DNA of 64,000 nt from the human T2T-CHM13v2.0 reference genome, Homo sapiens, in assembly GCF_009914755.1 (NCBI RefSeq), contig NC_060934.1; one strand, written 5' to 3'. Position 1 is the first letter of the stretch. Every line of letters begins with the position of its first letter. The notes under the pieces were generated by a model that ran no database searches, was not told the origin of the DNA, and saw only the letters and a list, made by a program, of their open reading frames with translations. The position numbers and the translations under genes were made by a program. This document shows positions 55,180-64,000 of this stretch, piece after piece.

Positions 55180-55352
55180 TTATTTTATTTTATTTTTAAA
55201 TTTTTATTTTATTGTTTTTTTTTTTTTTTTTTTTTAGAAATGGGGTCTCGTCATGTTGCCCAGGCTGGTCCTGAACTCCTGGCCTCAAGTCTTCCTCCTG
55301 CCTTGGCCTTCCAAAGTGCTGGGATTACAGGCGTAAGCCACCACATCCAGTC
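55180..55352 (-). mobile_element. Alu monomer (FLAM-like)
   Basis: Long T tract plus a single left arm. Confidence 0.85.
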
Positions 55353-55524
55353 GCCGTCCATCTAGTTATATTTCATCCTTATAACTGAGGGGGGTTAGAT
55401 ATTATTTGCCCCATTTTACAGATGAAAACCCGAAGCTCTGAAATGATAAGCAATCACCTCCAATCATGCAGCTAATAAATAACTAAAGCAAAATGCAAAT
55501 CCAGGTCTTCCTGACCCCAAAGTT

Positions 55525-55551
55525 CACACACACACACACACACACACACAC
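55525..55551. repeat. (CA)n microsatellite
   Basis: Seen directly. Confidence 0.9.
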
Positions 55552-55758
55552 CACATTTCTCTCTTGAAGTACCTCAGTACTTGCTTAAAAATTTCCACCA
55601 AATCTCCCTCTCCTCTTCATCACTTCCTGTCAAAGCCTGATGTGAGAGAACAGAAGGCAAGCACTGGGGCTGTCACACGCACAGACATTCCTAGTCACTC
55701 CATGAGAACACAACTGCCATCCTCATTTCTCTAGAGGAGCCAATTATTCTCTCAATGA

Positions 55759-56078
<320 letters not shown>

Positions 56079-56339
56079 TGTACTCTACCTTCTATGTCTA
56101 TATCTCAGACAGAGATCGCCAGGCACTGGAGATCCTGTGGTGAACCAGGCAAATGTGGTTCTTGCCCTCATAGAGTCTACATTCTGGAAAATGCATCATT
56201 AACAATGCAAGGGCACTAAATAGAGAACATTTATGCACAGCAGTAACCAATGTAGGTTCACCAAGAACCACTAGTTAAAATGGAGAAAGGTATTGAAAAA
56301 GTAGATGAGTGTAAGCTCAAAAGGAAATTTCTAGGATTC

Positions 56340-56720
56340 TGATGCATGACTCCACCCTCAGCTGTTCCTAGTTCCTGTTTTTGTTAATGACCTCCAGGCT
56401 CGCCAGATCATCAGAAGATGTAAAACTTGTTAAATGGCAGAGGACAAAATTAGGGCCTCACAGGCAGCTTGGAATAATGGGTCAAAACTAACATAATGAA
56501 ATTTAAGGGATAAATGTCAAGTCCTGAATTTGTTTTACAAATCAATTGCCCTAGTGCACAGTGAGGGAGGCCTGGCTGCTGTGGCTCGTATGAGAAAAAG
56601 CAGGTAATTCTGATGCCCAGGAGCTTCATGTGGGTCCACAAAGCCAACTGGCTACCAGAACGCTAGGATGTAGGTGTGGGCAGTTCTGAAGGAATCCAAC
56701 ACAGCATGGAACACATGGTC
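56340..56720 (+). mobile_element. CR1/L3 LINE fossil fragment
   Basis: tgggtcaaaactaacataatgaaatttaagggataaatgtcaagtcctg corresponds to the W..N.MKFN.DKCKVL motif. Confidence 0.6.
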
Positions 56721-57584
56721 CTTGGGCCTGCTCTGAGAAGGCCCTCCATCCACCCAGAGCCACCAGGCAGGCTGCAGGTGTCGAGAAAGACGGGCAGCAT
56801 CTCTGCATCATCACATATCAGGGCTGACCACCTGGTCCCTCTCTTTCATTTACAGAGCAGCCAACTGAGGCCCAGAGAGGGGAAGGGGTGTACCTTGTGG
56901 GGTCAAAAAGTTTGCAGTAGAACTAGGGCAGCTCTCCACTATCTCGAATGAATGAATGATGTACATAGGTAAGGATAAAGTACATAGAGGGGCAGCAGAT
57001 GAGATTAGGGACATCAATTTCATCTTCTTTGAGGCATCAAACAGAAATTAATGGAAGTGGTAAGTCTTCCTATTGACATGCATAGGTTCTTTGGGCTCAG
57101 TACATGGGTACATATATGTGTGCCCACACCATGCCCCACAAGGCTCTGCCTTGACCCCCACATGCTCTCCTCCCTGTCCCAGGCAGGTGCTGAAGGCATA
57201 GGAGAAGCATTGCTCAGCTCGTGCCCACCCGCTGGGTTTTCTTTCCTCTTTCCAAGATTCTTCTCCAGGAAGCCCTCCTGAATTGGGGAGTCTGTGGTGC
57301 TGCCCTCCTGCCCAGACAGAGAGCCCTGCCAGCTGCTGCAGCCCCTACCCAAAGCTCAGTGGTGGGTGGTTATCCTGAATTATCCTAAGGGGACAGGAGC
57401 CTAGAGCAAGCCCCCCATCTTGTACTGTTGCACCCTGTCCCATCATATGCTTCTGTGCCCCGGGCCCCTCAACCCCTCACCCTCACCATGGCCCTATCCT
57501 CAGATCCATGTCTCCCTCAGACCTCAGACCCCCACTTCTGTTTCCCTCCCCCAAGATTCTCTGTCATTATCTCTGGAAAGTGAA

Positions 57585-57800
57585 GCTTGTGCATCATCAT
57601 TAATGGGCTAAACAGCAGGGTCAGCGAGGCAGGTAGCAGTAAACGCAGCAATTACGGCCGCGCCTCCATCCCAGCGCCTTCGCTCCCAATCCATCTCCCC
57701 TCATCACCAGGCGGTGCTGAGCCGGCCCTGCCTTCATTACATTAATCAGGTTAATTCCAAGTTAGAGTCCACATTCTAATCAAAAGGCAGTCAACAGGGT
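57585..57800. promoter_or_regulatory. Candidate downstream enhancer / CNE
   Basis: CATTAATG, CAATTACGG, TTAATCAGGTTAATT and retained CpGs in an otherwise transposon-dense region. Confidence 0.5.
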
Positions 57801-58050
57801 GGGGTGCTGGGGGAAGAGGGAAGAGCTGTCCACCCAAGAAATGGGGGGTTGACGGAGGTCCCAGGCCTAGACACCTGAGAGCCTAGCCTCCAGAGCCCCA
57901 TCTTTCCAGGGGCTGCTCCCACTTTGTCTGGGCCTTGCTCCTGAGACCTCTTTTGCATCCTGGATTCAAGCCAGGGCTAAGACTCTAGATACAGAGTTAG
58001 AGGCAAGGGAGAGTCCAATTCCAATTCCCTGTCTCTCTAAACACACCAAC

Positions 58051-58186
58051 CAGGCCGTCATGTACTGTTCACAAGGTAGTGCACTGACAATGCTAGGAGG
58101 GCACCACGTTTATATTGTAGTCTATGTGAATGATGCCCTTAGAGCTGTGCAGTGTACAACCTGCACAACAGAGCAGAGCAGCCCTG
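58051..58186. mobile_element. MER91A-like palindromic hAT-Tip100 MITE
   Basis: cagg...gtgcactgacaa ... ctgtgcagtgtacaacctgcacaac...ccctg forms an imperfect palindrome. Confidence 0.7.
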
Positions 58187-58660
58187 TAGGTTACCTCCTA
58201 AGAAACCAAGGTCCTGGGGAAGGTCAGAGGATACTGGAGAAGACAGAGTGGAGGCCATGGAGCCAACACTGGAACTCAACAAGCTCATTAAGATGAAACA
58301 GAGATCAAGAGAATGAGCCTCCAGCAGCAGCAGCTTCTCCATTGGCCCCAACACTCTGGCATCTCTGCAAGGTTCTGTCCTCATCCTCTGCCAGGAAATG
58401 TCATCTGCTTCCCCAGCTTCAAATATCACCATGTTGATGAGGCCCTCCCCTTCCCCCAAAATCTTTCCTACACCCTGACTTCATATTCCATTTGGATAGC
58501 TCCACATGGAAATCCCTCCAGTTGCACAAAGAACATGGATGAAATAGCTCGGAAGCTGCTCTCCCAAATTTACTTCTCTTCCCTTTCTCCATGAATTCCT
58601 CCTCCCTCTCTGGACCAAGCTAGAAATATTGAAAGTTATTAGAGAATCCTTCTTGGACCC

Positions 58661-59558
58661 TTTATTAGTTTCCTATAGCTTCTGTAACAAATTATTACAA
58701 ACTTAGTGGCTTAAAACAACATGGGTTTATTATTTTTCAGTTCTGGAAGCTAGAAGTCTAACATGGGTCTCACTCTAAGCTCAGATCAAGGTATTGACTG
58801 GGCTGGTTCCTTCTGGAGGCTCTAGAGGAGAATCTACTACCTTGCTTTTTCCAGCTGCTAGAGGCTGCCTGCATTCTTTGGCTTGTGGCCCCTTCCTTCA
58901 TCTTCAAAGCCAGCAGGATAGCATCTTCAAGTCTCTCTCTGATTCTGACCCGTCTGCCTTCTTTAACTTGTAAGGGCCAATCCTTGTGAGTATATTGGAT
59001 CTCCTCAGATAATCCAGGATAAATCTCCTGGAGTTGACTGGCAACCTTAATTCCCCCTTGCTCTGTAATATAACATATCCACAGGTTCTTGGAATTAGGA
59101 TATAGACCTTGATGATATAGTTAGGATGTTCCCTCCAAATCTCATATTAAAATGTGGAAGATTCCTCCAACAATCCCCAATGTTGGAGGTGGGGCCTAGT
59201 GGGAGGTGTTTGGGATGGATCCCTCATGAATGGCTTGGTGCCCTCCCCACAGTAATGAGTGAGTTCTCCCTGTATTAGTTCACGTGAGGGCTGGTTGTTT
59301 AAAAGACTGTGACATTTCTCTTGCTCCCTCTGTCACCATGTGACATGCCCATTCTGTTTGCCTTCTACCATGAGTAAGAGCTTCCTGAGACCTCACCAGA
59401 AGCTGAGCAGATGCTGGTGCCATGTTGCGCAGCCTGCAGAACTATGAGCCGAATAAACTTTTTTCTTTATAAATTATCCAGCCTCTAAACAGGTATTCCT
59501 TTATAGTAACAGAAGACAGAATAATACACTTGGGAAGCCATTATTCTGCCTGCCATAA
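58661..59558 (-). mobile_element. MLT1-type MaLR solo LTR (interrupted)
   Basis: ttattagtttcctatagcttctgtaacaaatt ... ccattattctgcctgccata. Confidence 0.8.
59113..59528 (+). mobile_element. MST-type MaLR solo LTR nested in MLT1
   Basis: TG...CA ends, internal AATAAA, 5-bp TSD cttga/cttgg. Confidence 0.85.
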
Positions 59559-59752
59559 ACCCCAAATATCAGATTGATCTTCAAGTCCTGTTAATTCTAT
59601 GCCTCCAAGACAGCCCTTCTATCAGTTCCTGCGTTCTTTATCTTGGATTGTCTAGACATTACAATAATCTATCTTCAACCTCTCCCTCTCCAATTACAAT
59701 CATCAACTTCCAACCTTTCCCTCTCTAATCCACTTTCCAAGAGGCTGCCAGA

Positions 59753-60454
<702 letters not shown>

Positions 60455-61177
60455 GAGTCATATCTCTAAGATGAAAATCTGATCAAGTCATTTTCCTTAT
60501 TAAAGACAGCAAACAACTCCTGCCCTCAGGTTAAAGTACTAACTTGGAGGTTGGTATTCAAAGCCCTACATAACCCTACCCACTTCTCCAATCTCATCAT
60601 TTTCTGCATCCATCCACTTATCCTATTCTCCAGCCATGCGAGATTTCCCCCATAAACTCTCACATCCCCAAGCATTCACTCACATTAAGAGCTCTGAGTT
60701 CTAGATCCTGCCCATCTCTGCATGGATGTCTCATAGCAAACCTCAAGCTCAACGTGTCTAAAAATGGAACTCAACTTCTCAGCAATGTTCTCTTTTCTCT
60801 AACTTTCTCTCAGTTTTCCTTTGTTTTGTCTGACTCTTCACCATCTTTCCCATTTCTTTTTCTTTCTCCAGTCTCATATACATGACTGATCTCCAGGCTT
60901 TCGTCCTTGACCCTCCTCTTTTCTTGATCTCAACATTTTCCCTGAGTCGCCTCATCCCTTCCTAAGGCATTGTTTACAGCCTACACATGCGGACAATTCC
61001 ATCTCCAGGCTGGACCTCTCACCTCTCTGCTAAGCTCCAAACCCATATTCAGCTGTCTACTGGATACCTCAACCTGGATGTCCCATAGCAACTTGAACTC
61101 TATATGTTCCAGACTGAATCATCCCTCAACTTCCTCATCCTCTAATATTCCCCTTTATGGAATCATCTACAACCTAG

Positions 61178-61590
<413 letters not shown>

Positions 61591-62369
61591 AACAATCTTT
61601 CTATCACATATATCTGAGAGATACCTCCAACTCAGTACCCACTGAAGGAAATCCTACGTTTCTTAGCATGTTCTAGAGTCCTTCTTCTCGGGGTCTGCCC
61701 ACCTGAGCAGCCCCAGCTTCCCTTTATGTGACCCATACTGTCTGATCTGGTTGCAATGCGCTTCCTATACCACGACCCCATCAATGCCTTCTCTACTTAG
61801 AGACTTTCTTATCTTTAAAGCCACCTCTTCTTGGAGGCCTTCCAGACAGTGTTTCCAGGGCAACCCATGCAGCACAGTACTCTAACTATGATGCATATTT
61901 ACCAGTCTTTCTCCTTGTTAGACTGGGAATCCTTGAGGTCAGGGACTCCATCTCAGTGTCCTTTGCCCCATAGCACTGTGCCTGCTTCTTAGCACAAGTT
62001 TATTCAGTGCTTGCTGAACAAATGGATGAATAGGTATGCAGTTTCACACAGAGCAAAATTCTTATTTATGTAATGACACACACACACAGTCACTGTGTTC
62101 ATGGTTACGCAGACAGAGACAGCCATCCTCCCTCACACTGTCGTTTCAATGTATGAAGAGTCTTCAACAGTCAATCACATGCCTCCACCATCACTTACCT
62201 ACGGCCACATACCAACATTCACCCACACACCCACCTCCATGTCAACCAAGGCACTCGTTGTCACGTCCCCACACACATGCACGTCACAAACTCCCACGCG
62301 GCCGCACACACAAACTCACACAGAGCCATGGATACACGGCCACACGTACAGCTCCAAACACCTCGAGGG

Positions 62370-62670
62370 CACACTTCATCTCCAATTGTGAGCAAATGCT
62401 GTTGGTTTTCATTAATCTGCAGGCTCTGTGTTTGCCAGTCTCTCTGGCTCCCCCTCTCCCTCTTCCCCACTCTCTCTCTTTCTGCTCCGAGGCAGGTGAG
62501 CGCATCAATTTTCTCCTCGTCTGTGGCAGTTAAATTAAATGGAATCGGCCTGGTTGCTGAAAATCAAAGGGAAGGCTGATAAAGCAATTAAATCCCTCTA
62601 ATTCCTCGTCCTGAAAGGTGCAGCGGCTCTGAAGCTAATTAACTTCATAATGAAAATCCTTCTTCACCCT
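62370..62670. promoter_or_regulatory. Candidate downstream enhancer / CNE
   Basis: TTAAATTAAAT, TCF/LEF ATCAAAG (62563), GATAA, CTAATTAA (62635). Confidence 0.55.
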
Positions 62671-63267
62671 TTTAGGCTCTTCTCCTCGGGTCTCCTCTCC
62701 TCTCCTCTCCTTCTGGGGAGAAGCTGGTTACTGAGGAAGAGCTGGATCAGCAGCATTAAAAGTCAGAACCCTGGAGAGGTCTCGGGGGACTCCTGTGCTC
62801 CTGCGTTCAGCTCCCTCCCCTTCCCTCCTCTGCTCACCCCTTTCTCCTACACCTAGTTACCTGCCTAGCTCTCAACACCACATTTCTAACGTCCACCACC
62901 CCCGCAAACACCCCACACTACGCCAACACCAGATCCACCCCTACTACATTCAGCCCACCTCCCACCACCTACCCCAGCACCCAGCTGTTACCCCAAATGC
63001 CAAGGCTTCCTCCACCCCACATCAGCCCCCTAAAACCAACTCTGTCTCTAAAATCGGCCCTGCCCAACACATAGGCCACCTGCCCCTCGAGCTCGATCTC
63101 AACAGCAGCCTGCCTTCAGTGCACAGTTTATAATCCTGAACACCTAATACGTACCCAGAACTATGCTACGCACTGGGGTGTAAAGATGAACAAAAACAAC
63201 ACAAGCCCTGTCCTAAAGGATCTCCTTATCTGGAGGTAGAGAAAATAAGGCCTTCCAAAAGCGAAGC

Positions 63268-63650
63268 TGTCTTAGTCCATCAGGCTGCTATAAGAGAATA
63301 CCAGAAACTGGGTGGCATATAAACAACAGAAATTTATTTCTCCCAGCTCTGGAAGCTGGGAAGTCCAAGATCAAAGCACCAGCAGATTCCATGTCTGGTG
63401 AGGTCCCACTTCTCATAGATAGTGCCTTCTTGCTGTGTCCTCACATGGTGAAAGGGACTAGCTAGCTTTCTGGTGTCTCTTTTTATTTACTGACTTGTTT
63501 GTTTATTTTTATAGCAATACCAGCTTGAGAATGGGGTCTCCACCTCTACAACCTAATCACCTCCCAAAAACCCCACCTCCTAGTGCCACCACCTTGGGAT
63601 TAGAATTTCAACACAAATTTTGGGGAGACATGAACATTTGTGCCATAACA
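63268..63650 (-). mobile_element. MLT1A/MST-type MaLR solo LTR
   Basis: tgtcttagtccatcaggctgctataa ... ccataaca. Confidence 0.85.
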
Positions 63651-63731
63651 GAAACCTATGAGAGGGGCCTGCAGTGCACTCTGGCAGACTAGGGAAGGCT
63701 CCAGATGGGAAGCACTTGGACTAGGTCATTA

Positions 63732-64000
<269 letters not shown>

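Overview
Primate (human-like, Alu-rich) genomic DNA holding the 3' half of PAX2 on the + strand. It includes the coding exons classically numbered 7, 8, 9, the alternative 83-bp exon 10, exons 11 and 12 (two acceptors), and a ~2.3-kb 3'UTR ending near 33,300. A CpG island (~29.6-34.0 kb) covers the terminal exons. The paired box, octapeptide and promoter lie upstream of the window. The remaining ~30 kb is intergenic and transposon-rich (Alu, MIR, L2, L1, CR1/L3, MaLR/ERVL LTRs, hAT and Tigger elements). Several repeat-free, homeodomain-motif-dense blocks look like conserved developmental enhancers. The most interesting observations are: (i) opposite-orientation Alu sets around a 303-nt phase-symmetric exon pair (circRNA hypothesis); (ii) a ~217-nt AG-free polypyrimidine acceptor plus an upstream donor inside the 3'UTR, bracketing an ARE/PUM/miRNA cluster; (iii) multi-frame coding of the last exons; (iv) a decayed hAT transposase in intron 8; (v) an old local duplication at ~52/55 kb; (vi) a three-arm chimeric Alu. 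I found no clearly new biological system, and the RNA-level items are hypotheses. Repeat family names come from recalled consensus sequences, and the boundaries of old repeats are approximate.
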